From: Monocercomonoides exilis PA203
Taxonomy: Eukaryota > Protista > Preaxostyla
Reading direction: 5' to 3'
NCBI GenBank assembly: GCA_001643675.2
Contig: LSRY02000013.1
Coordinates: 124,001-188,000 of the forward strand
Length of the DNA: 64,000 nt
Shown in pieces: positions 11,118 through 23,200 of this stretch. A program made the translations under genes and the position numbers. Under the pieces are notes generated by a model that worked only from the letters and a program-made list of their open reading frames with translations, searched no databases and was not told where the DNA came from. Numbering within the stretch: the first letter of the stretch is position 1; each line of letters starts with the position of its first letter.

Positions 11118-13013
11118 ATGACAAATAAATTACCAGACGATTTTGGAAAGGATTTAACTACAGATGAGAGAAATAGACTTGCAGAATGCTTTAAAAAGAA
11201 AGAATTTACTGATTTATTTTTCCAATACATGAAGGAGATTTCAGAACCTGGTGCAAAGGAAGAATACGATAAAATGATTGCTATGGCAGAGGAGGAGGCA
11301 AGAAAGAAAAAAGAGGAAGAAACAATAAAACAAGTTGTCCATCAAAATCCTCCTTCAAAATCTAAAAAGAATCAACCAAAACCCAAACAGGATACGCGAA
11401 ATAAAAGACAAAAATCCGATGCGCGTGAAACCAAAGATGATAACGGTTGCGCGAGTGGCCAAGGAAAGAAAGGGGGTAAACCATCTCAGCAAAAAGTTCA
11501 AGCGAATAAACAAAAATCTGAACAAAAAGCAAATAATGTTACTTTACCGAAATACAAAATTGTCCACTCCAGCTTTTTTGACATGGGAGATTACACTGAA
11601 GTTTGTGCTAACTTATCTTCTTTATGAATTTTACAACTCCAAAAACTTTCAGTCGAAAGACACCGATCTTGTGAGACTTCCCGATCAACTTAAAGCCACA
11701 TTTGAACTTCCTCTTATTGTATGCTAAGTGTTTTCTTTTTATATTTGAATTTGCTCACGATTCATTTGTGCTTTTGGAAGAGTTCTGTTCAAGAAATAGA
11801 CGTAGATTTGGAACCAAAGCGTGTTATTTTGACTTGTCCACCAGGTTCTGATCCATTAAAAACAAAGTCTTCCAATTCTTCTTCATCCAACAATGATTTA
11901 CCTGACTGTATTTATTACGCAGATGTCGAGCTTCCACATCCTGTTATTGTTGATAGCTGCAAAGCATCATTTGATAAGTCAACACGACAGTTACTTTTGG
12001 TGTTTGGAGTTGACAAAACAGAAGAAGAAAAAAAGAAGAAGCAATTGAAAGAGCAACTTGAAAAAGAACGCAAGGAAATGGAATTGAAAAAAGACGAATC
12101 TGATGATGAAGAAGAAATATTGTCGAAAGATGAAGACGAAAAACAAAACAAGATTATTAACGAAAAACCAGCTGAACAATCAGTTTCATCAACTGACTCA
12201 TCCAATTTACAACAAAAAGAAAATGAACCTTTTTCTCTCAAAAAAACAGATCTTTCTTTGTCTATTGGCAAACAAAATACAAAAGACTTGCCCGAATCTT
12301 CAGTCGAATTCACAATCACTATCAAACCGCAGACCGGAACAATTGACACGAAAAGCGTTGAAATAAGGCCAGAGGACGATGGAAAGGCTATTCGAATTGA
12401 TTTTTTGACGGAGAATCCAAGTCAAACACATTCATACATTTTGCAGACGAATAAATCTTCCACTTCTTCACCATCAAATGAATCTTCTTCTTCTTCTTCT
12501 TCTTCAGCTGCATCTGTGCAGCCAACCCCAAGCAAAATATCTCCTTCTTTTGATGTCACTTCAATCCACCCCACAATAACTCCAATTGGTTTGTGCATTG
12601 TTGTGTCGACTGCATCGAAGGAGTCTGAGCAAATGCCAACTTCGGGCTTTCTTTCCTCTTCTGGCTCACTTCGCGAGATGCCCACCATCCATCCACCGCC
12701 TCTTTCTCCTTCTGCACAAGCTGTGTTTGACAGAGAGTCACAGAGCTCTGACGATCATTTTGGAGAAGATGTTGAGAATGGGAAAAACGAAACAAGCAAT
12801 TCAGCTAATGATAATGAACAATTGAATCAGAAAAACAAGGAGAAAACTCAAAGTGAAGAAGGGAAAATAAAAGGAAAAGGAGGAGAGGAAGAAGAAGAAA
12901 TAGAGATTGTAACAACAAAAGCAGCTGCGCTTGATGCAAAACGAGACGGACAATTTTCTTCTTTCAGACAGTCTGTGAAAAATAGTTCGCTTCTCGATTT
13001 AGATGATTTTTAG
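11118..13013 (+). CDS. DNAAF2: Kintoun/PF13-like dynein axonemal assembly factor (3 exons)
   Basis: N-terminal FKKKEFTDLFFQYMKEISEPGAKEEYDKMI, then PKYKIVHS and a CS-like domain (LPDQLKATFELPLI|SSVQEIDVD..VELPHPV..KASFDKSTRQL); introns 11601-11652 and 11719-11780. Confidence 0.75.
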
Positions 13014-13256
13014 CACAAACAACAAAAAAACAAATCATTTCACAATCTTAATTTTTTAATATTCACACACACTTTTTCTGTGAATAGATGTGCTGAATCA
13101 TCTTTCATATTTAAACACATTCTTGAGATGGCAAGAGAAGTTAATGAAATGAGAAATAACATAAAGAAATGCAAAGAGAAGAGCATCCATGAAATGTAAT
13201 AAAAGAAAACTATGAAACAATCGTCTGTCAGAAATGCTTTTGACTTCAAGAAATAT

Positions 13257-16200
13257 TTATCTGGCGTATCTTTTGTAGCAGGCATTCATATGACTTATGC
13301 AAGTGTCTTGACATGCTTTGTTTCCTCAACCACATGTGTTGAAGCTCTCTGTACACTGCTCATCGAAATAATATTCACAGACAAAAGTTGTAAGCTGTGA
13401 AAGAAATGAATGAGAAGAATGTTATGAAAAGGAATATTTTTATAAAAACCACTCAATAAAACAACAACAACAAAAAAAAAAGCACACTATTGCCGAGTTT
13501 TGTGTCTGGCACGCCTTCAGTAATTTTGAGTGTTTTGTCCAGATTTCGTCGTAGCAGCGAGGATTCTGGATGGACGAGCACTTGTTCATGAGCGTGTCCA
13601 CATACAGCCCATCTGCACGTCTCTTGAACTCTTCGGGCGAGGCAACCTCGCCATCTCCACTCGACTGCGATGCTGCTGATTGCTGGGCAGTCGGATATCT
13701 TTCTTCAAACTCCTTTCTTTCTTTTTCTTCTTCTTGCTTTTGCTGTGTTGTTTTTCTATCTCTTTCATTCTGTTCAGACAGCGAAGCATCCACCGACTGG
13801 CTTTGAAGAGGATTTGCTGGATCATCACCCCCATCGTCTTCTCTCACACACGAGTTGGCACACTGCCTGTAGTTCTTCGCACACCCAGCTGAGCAGTCCT
13901 CCTTTCTTGACGTGAGGTAGCTTCCTTCGCACAGCATCTGCTTCTCTCTGCACTCTCCAATGCACTTCGGATCGCCCCTTTCGTTCAGACAGAGCGGAAT
14001 GCACTCCACCTCACCCCGCTGGCACTGCTTCTCGCAGCTCAGCCGGCCATTGCAGCTCGCCTGGCACTTCGCCCGCTCAGCTGCACACACTCTGCTGCAC
14101 AAGTCCTTCGGCTGCGAGCAGCGAGCCTCGCAGTCGCGGGCCTGTGCCACACACTGCGACTCGCAGATGCTGTTTCCGAGACACATCTCCAGACAGGAAT
14201 GGAGCGATGCTTTGCATTGGCCCGTGCAATCCTGTGGAAATTGGTAGATTTAATGAATCATTATTTTGAGTGAATTGTTATCAACTTATTGATAAATTAA
14301 ACAAATAAAAAAACAAACCAGCTTGACTTCTTTCCCTTCCTCTTCTTTCGGTTTCGATGAGTAGTCTTCAGTGCATTGTGCCTCGCAGCGTCGTCTGCTT
14401 CCCATGCAGTCGTCGTGACAGGCTCTTCCTGCCCCGCTCCTTTCGCATTTGGCAGAACAATCATTGAATCCTGTGGAACACGACGACTGGCACAGCCGAA
14501 GCAGCGCTGTCTGTGGAAGAAGATCGCTTTCCTGACTCCATCCGCTTTCAGACGCATCGCTCTGTCCATCCACAGAAGAAGATGAAGTCAGCCCTGTGTT
14601 TCTATCACTGTTGGTGTCTTTATAAGGCCCCTTGTAAATCCTGTCGCACAATTCCAGTGAAGTCTTTCGCTTGTAGCGGCACTTGTTGTAGCAGGCATCA
14701 TATTCACCAGGAGAGTTGATGGTGCTTCCTTCGCAACTCCGAACACAATCATCGAGTGAAACACCCGTCTTGCCAGCTGAAACAGAACAGTTGGCAATAT
14801 TTATTTATTAATATTAAACAGAAATACATTGGAAGTTATTGAATGAAAAAAATATAATAAAAATTGATTGAACGAGAAAGAATTAAACAAAAACAGCACA
14901 TTGCGTTTTTTCCATCTTTCAGCATTGCTCATTGGCTCTGATGGATCTTCGCCTACAGAGCACACCTTTAGACATTTCGAGTCTTGTGCTCTGCATCCAG
15001 CATCATATCTAGTAAAACCATATCTGATGCACAAATACATACGAAAAAAGAAAATATCAATTGATGAATTTGAAATAGAGATAGTTAAAGAGAAAATAAG
15101 CATGACATAAACACACTTGCATTCACTTTGGCATCCACGTGTGAGCACATCGCAGTATTCATTGCATCCATCCAGCTGAGCTTGGAAGTCTTCTTCTGAA
15201 GAATAGTCAGCAGAACTCGGCTGATAAGAAGGAGAAGAAGGAGAAGGAGAAGGAGAAGAAGAAGCAGAAGAAAGAGAAGGCTGAGAGCACACAGCCACAT
15301 AGTGCTCGTGAGTGACGTTGCACTGCTGCTCACAGGGTGACAGGGCACTCCATCTGACTTGCACGAAAAATTCATTCCCTTTGTCGAAGCAGCGCTGGCG
15401 GCAGGAGTCGCCGGGAGTGCTGCAGAGAGAGAGACACAGCGATCATATTCAGACACACATGTCTGCTCGCCTGGCGTCAGCTGAATGGAAGAAAGAAAAG
15501 GAAGAAGGAAGGATGGAAGGAAAGAGGGAAAGATTGATTGACATGCAATAATAACGACGATAATGATAATATATTAATATTCAAATGAATAAAGAGCATA
15601 TATAAACCTTCAGCTCAGCAGGTGATTTGCACAAAGAGAAGCAGTCTTTGCGCTGTGAAGTGATTGTCTCCAAACAGAACAGATCAGCCTCACCGCATTT
15701 TTCGAGTCCTTCTTCAAAAGCAGCATGGCAGCTGAGGTCGCATTGAGACACGTCTTCATCGGGGCTGAATGGACAGCGTCTGACACAGCTGCTTCTCTCT
15801 CGCCAGCACTCGCTGTCGCATTCAGACCGCTCGTCTGCGCTGCTGAATGAGGAGTCGCATTGAGAAGAGCACTTTTGATAGCCCTCGTGGCATCTGGGTG
15901 TGCACGGGGTGGTTGGCTGTATGTGACAGAACAAAAAATGAGAAGAAATTCAAATGAAACAAAAGATTATTACAATGATAATAAATAAATCAATAAATAA
16001 GGAAATTAAACCAAAGGATTGTTCTCATCAACACATAGATGGCTGCACTCCTTCTTTTGCTCCAGGCACTGCAGTGAAAGCAGCTTGTCTCCGCGCGACG
16101 CTGCCTGGCACACTGACTCTGCTCTGCGGCACATCTCATCACACAACTCGTATGAGAACTGAGGGGAATCTTCACTTTGTTCAAGAGTGGGATATCGAGA

Positions 16201-17340
16201 TGGAGTTGAAGATGAAGCATTCTTATTGACAGAAGGCGCAACTGATTGAGTGTTTGTATTAACAGAATTCCATTCCTTAGGAGCAACTGGATCCTGTGCT
16301 GTTGACAGCAGCTGTGTTGCCCTCTCTTTCTTTTTTGGACCGCATTTGTGAAAACAGCGCTCTCTTTCAGCCATGCGTCGTGTGGCTGCCTCTTCCTTTG
16401 AGATGCCCTGGACGAAAGAGAGACAGCCCACAAACACAGACTGGCAGTCGTCAGTGCACCGCGATTGCTCACTGCGATATGCCACTTTTGACATGCACAG
16501 CTGCTCGCAAACGAAGTGCTTGTTGTCACATTTAGCAAGGCATTGAGAGTCCCCTCTGCAGGAATTGACACACTCTGCTTTCTGTGCTGAGCAATTTGCA
16601 GCACACGAGACAGTAGGATGCGCCAATATCTGCTGGATCGCTAAATCCCGCTCTGGGCGGCATTCGTCAATGCATCCGTGGCGCATGTGCCAACAACCAT
16701 CGCTACATGAATGAGATGCACATCTTCTTTGGCAGGTTTCAACTTCTTCATCACAGCGCGTTTCACAAGGAATCTGTTCAACAAAAGACCATAAAAACAT
16801 AACAGTAAAATTTCTGATATGATTGTCTAAGCTTTTTAAAACAAACCCCATTTCTGTCTGGAATAGTTGCGAACAATTCCTTTGAAGCCTGAAAAAGAAC
16901 TGCTGCAGATGCTGGAAGAGAAGGACAAGATTTCACATCCTTTTCATGCAAGCATTTATCATGAAACAAATCACATTTGTTAAAGCAAAATGTTCGTGAT
17001 GTACTGCAGTGTTCATCTGCATTTCCTTTATCCAGACAAAGTCGATAGCCAACATCACAGATATCATAATGATCATTCAGCGCAACCTGACAATAAGAAG
17101 TCGAATAATTTTTGAAATGATATAAAGAATTTTTATGAATGTTGCAAACTCTGCATGTTAGCCCAATTTCACAATCATCAACGTAGGAAGTGTTTGATTT
17201 GCGTTGTTTTTAACAGAATTCCTTCTTTTAAAAAAATATTTTTTTTTCCTTTTTTTTTTTTTCATACACATCAATAACATCACCATTGAACAAATAATCC
17301 ACACACAACAGCTGTGAATGACTGTGATGCAAAAACATTA
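13257..17340 (-). CDS. Large multi-exon Cys-rich repeat protein (CX3C-X6-CX3C units), probably secreted; contains lesions, 5' end unresolved
   Basis: ORFs 16778-16969, 16006-16851, 15581-15934, 14801-15364, 14286-14651 and 13440-14186 are linked by GT-AG introns; frameshift near 15430 and in-frame TGA at 13326. Confidence 0.7.
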
Positions 17341-17519
17341 CTGAGGTAAAATATGCAAATGTGTAAAAACATGGTAAAAGGCTGTCCCAGCACTTCTCAG
17401 CGAAAAGAAAAATCACAATAAAATAAGGGAAGGCCCGTGGAAAATATATTACATGGCCATCTTGTGTTTTGATGCGAAAAAATAATTGATCATTTGATCT
17501 ATGCCTTTATTATTTGTTT

Positions 17520-18379
17520 ATGATCCTTCTTTTTCTTTTTGTGACTTTGGAGCATGCACAGGTACAAGAAGCATGCTACACTTTGTCTAGAACTCGGGGG
17601 AAAGCTGTGGTAGAAGGTCCTAACGAGCCAGTTGCACAAAATGCACCAGATAAAAATGAATTGTTGAATGATTTAAAGCCTTTTTCTAAAGGCGTAATTG
17701 GATTTTGCATTGATATTGCAAGTAAATCCGTAACAAAATATAATTGCAGCACAAGTACTGGATATGTAAACGATAATGAAGATCCAAAAAAGCAATGCGT
17801 TTGTGCAGAAAATCAATCCGTTTCTCCTGAGGATCTTGTGAATTATCCAGGCGTTAAAAGTGCAACATGGAAATGCTCTCAAGGAGTACCTGTTCTATTT
17901 GCAACCAAATGTCGTCCAAAAGAAGAAATTGAAGTTGAATACACTTTTCGACCAAATCATGGACAATGCATTACATGTTTGTAGACTTTGAAAATTTTGG
18001 TGACAGTTGAAATGTATTGATTATTTGTTTTTTAATTTAATAGCTGGGCAAGATACAACATGGCTGGCAATTGGTATTGCAATAATTGTTATTGTTTTTG
18101 TTTGTGTTTTACTGAGTTGCCTTGAGTGGAAAGTCGCTTCAGAAACTCAAAGTATGAATTTTCTTTATAATCTTTATTATTCAAATAATTTTGTCGTTTT
18201 TCTTCTTATTTTTATATCAATTTCAAAGTTAAAAAGCTTTGATTTGTTTCATATCGCAATTTTTACTAATTTTCGTTATTAATGTGTTTATATACTCCGC
18301 ATTTCATCAAAATATTATACAAGAAAAAAATAAAAAAAGCTATATTACAAAAAATGAATACGCAAGGTTAATGAGATGA
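17520..18379 (+). CDS. Small type I membrane protein with Cys-containing ectodomain and YARL cytoplasmic motif (3 exons)
   Basis: Signal peptide MILLFLFVTLEHA; splice ..CITS|GQDTTWLAIGIAIIVIVFVCVLL (TM); last exon KKNKKSYITKNEYARLMR*; phases consistent. Confidence 0.7.
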
Positions 18380-18407
18380 GTCTACTGAAGAAGAAGAAGA
18401 AGTGCCG

Positions 18408-20082
18408 TTAGAGTTCTTTCTCTCTTTCTTTGGCGGCTTTCCTTGCCTCTTCAAGCAACCTCCTGTCTTCTTCGCGCTGTTTCAATTCTTCTCTGCGTTG
18501 AGCTTTTTTCTCAGCTCGTTCCTCTTTGTATTTTCTGCTCTTCTCTTCTTCTTCTTTCTTTTTCTTTTCCTCTTCGTCTAGTGGACGTTCTGGAAGAGGT
18601 TGTTCGTCAATAACAAGATCAGGAATGTGTCTTAAGAGAAACTTCTTAATCCGCTCAGGGTAGTTGAAAGTTTCGCATTTGATTGGATTGGACTTATTCT
18701 TTGCGGGGAACAAGAAAAGAGACGGAAACGAGCCAATTATGTATTCTGGAGGGTAGTCGTTTGCTGTAGCATCAAAGTCAGCAACTACAAAGTTTGGATT
18801 GGACGCTGTTTCGTTGGCCAAATGCTCATAGTCGAACGCCATCTTCTTGCATTTGTCGCACCAATTGGCGTGGAAGCGTATGAACACATCTTTTGTCTCA
18901 TCAAGAACGATGCTTTTGAATGTATCTCCAACAACTTTCGTCACGTTGGATTCCTGAACAGTTGGAATGGGCTCTGAACGGAGGTTCATCTGCAGCTTTC
19001 CATCCAGATATTTCTGGCAGAACTCGATAATTTCATCAGCTTCAATAGACGGACGAGGATTCTCATCATTCGGAGCATGTGCCCAGTGCGCTCTGGCCTT
19101 TCCGAAAGGAGATGGATACCAATCCTCAATGGCAAATCCAGGCATGTTCTCAACAGCAATGCCCATCGTCTCCGTTAATTTTGGATTTTCTGTGTGATCA
19201 ACAATCACAAACAGCATTTTCCCTTTGAAGTGATGCGCCACCTTTGCCACTTGGCGGTTGAGCCAATCTGGCTCCATGTAGTTCATTTTGCAAAAGTAAT
19301 ATCCAACGGGGACGTCTGGACTGCCGTATTTCTTTGTGTTACCCCACCCGAGTTGTTCAAACAGTGGCTGCTTCGCTTCTTCCACCCAGCTAGCCAATTT
19401 CTCCTTCTCAATTTCATTTTTATCATAGACATCCACAGTCTCATAGATTTTGTGGAAAATTTCAATTCGTGTTTTATTTATTGTGCTGTTTACAACTGCA
19501 GCCCAAAGATCTCCAAAGACAGGGCTGTCACCTGCAGTTATGAATGACTTGAAGTCACTGCAATTCCTTGAAGGGAAATATCCAATGATAATATGTTCGA
19601 AAAATGAAATGGCTTCATCCACTTCTTCGCGACTGTTGAAAATGCGCACTCGGCGAAGAAACTTCTCATCAACCCAATCCAAAATACCTTCCTCTGTCTT
19701 GTTTCCTTCGTAAACGGATGGAATCTTTTTTCTTGAAAATTATGAAAAGTATTTTAAACAATAAAAAGGTAATGAAGCTTGCATACAAATAAATTCTTAA
19801 CTCTGGAAGATTCTCAAGATTTGCTTTTTGGCAAATTTTTGTATTCTCAACACAATCAACTTCTCCAATTTTCATTCCGTATCTCGCTGTTTCACGCATC
19901 GCCTTTTGGAAAATCTTTCGAAAAGAGTCGCTATCTTCATCACCAGGCACATGATAAAGAATAGCCACAGGAAGCTCAGATTTAAATGACTTATAATTCT
20001 TTTTCGATAACTCATGAATTTTAGGGATGATGAGAGAAAAAGAGTTCTGGAAGAAGAGAAAAACGATGAAAACTTCGAACAT
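18408..20082 (-). CDS. Protein disulfide isomerase-like protein (2 exons)
   Basis: Signal peptide; four thioredoxin-like domains; LRSEPIP, VVGDTFK, FHANWCDKCK, DATAND; C-terminal EKEL ER-retention signal. Confidence 0.9.
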
Positions 20083-20202
20083 CATTTTTTGAAAAACAAA
20101 ATAAGGGTGAAAAAAACAAAAATATTTCGATTGATACCAAAAATAGTTTGAAAACCAACTTCTGGCAAAGATGTGAAATGAAAAGAAGTGAATGTGAAGA
20201 GA

Positions 20203-23200
20203 CTAAGCTTGAGAGAAAAGAACACCAAGATTAACTTTACCAAATGTGCAGTGAGAAATGGCTTCATTTATCAGAGAAAGAACATCTTCAAGTTGGTCTT
20301 TGTCATGATTCACATGAGGAACTAAATAAGCAGCATGAGAATAAAAAAATGTTAAGTTATTATTTTCAAATCAAAGAATAAATTACAAAAATTGATAGTT
20401 AATAACCAAACCTAAATGTCCATAGCTCGGATGTTTATAAGGTGTGGGCGTCAACACCTCTCTGAGATACAACAGTTGAATGTAGTGTGCTTCTGCATCA
20501 TGCAATTGCTTGATTTGTCCCCTGCATGATTTGTCAATGCATGTATTCGAACGAAGATTGAGAGCACCCTGGGCAGCAGTGCAAAGAGGATCATCACAGA
20601 CAATCGGAGAATTAAAGTGCTGTGCGGCAATTCGACGAAGGAACAGCTGAGCTGCCATTCGCAACTGCGGCATCTCCACCTCGCCCTCTCCGCAGTGTGG
20701 GCATCTCAGGCTGAACTCCTTCTGCTGCGCCTCTTCCGCAGACGATGCAAGCGGCGGGAGTGAAATGATGTCTTTGCACAGCATGCACCGCATCGTCAGA
20801 GGCACACAGCTGCGGAAGCGTGTCTCCATTCCGAGCAAGTCCGTGGACACAAACTGGCTCCTCCATCCAGTTGCATGTTGAGCCTCACGATATTTTGTTG
20901 TGTCCATCCCGAGGCATTCTGCTATCCTCACACCGTCCATCCCATCAACACACTCCGTCAAACGAAGAATGGCTGGGTGGATCTGCTGGGCAAAGTACCA
21001 GTCGAGATCTGGCTCATATTTGTGCTTCAAGCCTGACTGCTCTGAAGAAGAAGAAGGATCAACTTCATATTCTTCTCCTTCGATGTCCATCTGCTGCTGC
21101 AGTTTGAATGCTTCTGCTCCTGTTTGTGAAACCAGACTTGGATGATGCGCCTTAATGAAAAGGGGGAATAAAAATAAACACATTTTAAATTAAGATAATA
21201 AACAGCAATAACATACTCTCTGAGCCCAGTTTTCTGGGCCTTTGCAGATGATGTATGGAATGGCATCACCTGGCCGAACGGTCTTTTTCAAGCGCTGCAA
21301 CTCCAATGCAACAACAACATGTGGCTGTCCTTTTGGATCAGGATACTCTTCAGGCCGTTTGAAGATGCTTTTGGTGATTTCGAATTCTTTGATGTTCCAC
21401 TCGCCTGTTCGCAATCGGTTGGACAGTCTTCGCAAATAGTCGTCAATCTTTCCGCAAACAGAGTCTGCCATCTGCTCGGCCAGCTGCATTTCACTTATTT
21501 CCTCCTCCTCCTCTCCTCCCTCACCCTTTTCGCCTTCTTTTTCGTCTCTTGCATCTAACATCATCGAAGCTGGTCGTGCGCTGTTTATTCTGTGCGATTG
21601 TTGCTTGTCTCTTTGTTCGTGTCTGCTTGTTCCGTTGTCTCCCAACAGAATTCGAAGCACCTCTTTCTCTGCCTCACGGGTGATGGGGCACCAATCACGA
21701 CGCACAATTTCCAGACCTCTGTACTCCATCTCAAACCTGGCAGTCTCTGGATTTGTGATGGTCGTTTCAAGATCAGTGACCAGCTTCATTGCAGCATACT
21801 TCTTCTTTCGCAGCAGAAGCATCGCGCTGAAGATGCCATCAATGTCGATGTGCAGAAAGTGCCTGTTTTTGTTGACGAGTGCAGACAGCCTGTTTCCAAT
21901 CTCAATCACCTGCTTCACAGATGTGCTGTGTGTGTCTATCATCAGTGAATCTGTATCACCATAGATGACATGGTATCGCTCATTCGTCACCGTCTTCACA
22001 GCCTCCTGCAGTAGCAGACGACCGTTCCACGTGATCGTCTGCGCTAGACGCTTTGCGTAGAACCGCCCGCTCTCAAACCCAAGGCACCCGTACATGCTGT
22101 TTGCCACAAGCTTGAAGGCCAGCTGCATTGTATCCAGAGATGCAATCTCTGCCTTCTTCTGCAGGGCGATTTCTCTGCTGTGCTTCAGCAGCGCCATCTG
22201 CTTCCGCACTTTCTTTCTTTCTTCAATCAGATCTGCCACAATCTTCGGCAGCACCCCTTCGACTGGCCGGATGGTGATGCTCGACATGTCCTCTTCAGAG
22301 TATTGTCCACGTGGCAGTGTTGTGTGGCAGAGGTTCTTTTCTCGAATGATCGATGGATAAAGAGAGTTGAAATCAAGCACCAGAATGTAGTTGTTGTAAA
22401 AGCCCCTCTCTGCATCAAGCACAAACCCTCCTTTGTATGCTGCCTTCTTTCGTCTCGCTCTTTTGGATTCCTGTGGTTGTGCCTGCTTCTTCGCTTCAGG
22501 CTGGCTTGAAAGTGTCATCTTCCTTGTCGCATCTTCCAATGTGAGCATTCCATCGCCTCCTGTTCCATCGTCTATTTCGTCTTCGTCTCGATCGCCTATC
22601 TCATCTGCATCTGCAACATCAATTTCGTCTGCCTCTTCTTCATTTGCCCCATTTCCTCGCGACTTCTTCTGTGTAACAACTTTACGTGCCTTTGACAACT
22701 TTGACAAAATGCTTTTTCCTTTGACATTCTTCCCTCTTTCATCCATTTCGTCCGCTTCTTCTCCTTTTTGCTCGTCTCCTTCGTGTCCACGTACCCCTCC
22801 TGTCTGTTCAGACCCTGTATTTGCTGTTCTTCTTGTGTTCTTGTCTGGAAGGATGATTGTTCTGTCAGCTGCAAATCTGTGCAGAAGCAGGTTTTCCACA
22901 CGTTCAGCTCTTCCTCCGATGAGAACACGTGCCCAGAGTGTGCCTGTGATGTTTGCCAGCTGCTTTGTGAGTGAAACAACATTCAGAGCAAGCATCATTT
23001 CAAAGCCAATCTGAGAGAGACGCTCGGTGTGCTTAATCATCCGCATGACATCCATCGATGACAGACAGCTTGCTTTCACCAGCGACCCTTCGTACTCTTC
23101 CACATTCTTCGACAGAACTGTCTCGGAAAGTGTTGGAAGAGAGTAGTTCCGCTCTCTTCGGAATTCCTTCGCAGAAATCGCGACGTCGCACAGAAGTCGC

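Noticed and set aside
13020-13256. SECIS element downstream of the in-frame UGA
   Set aside because: The TGAA-GTCA..TGAC-AGAC candidate has too short a helix; other hairpins are plain Watson-Crick without the GA quartet.
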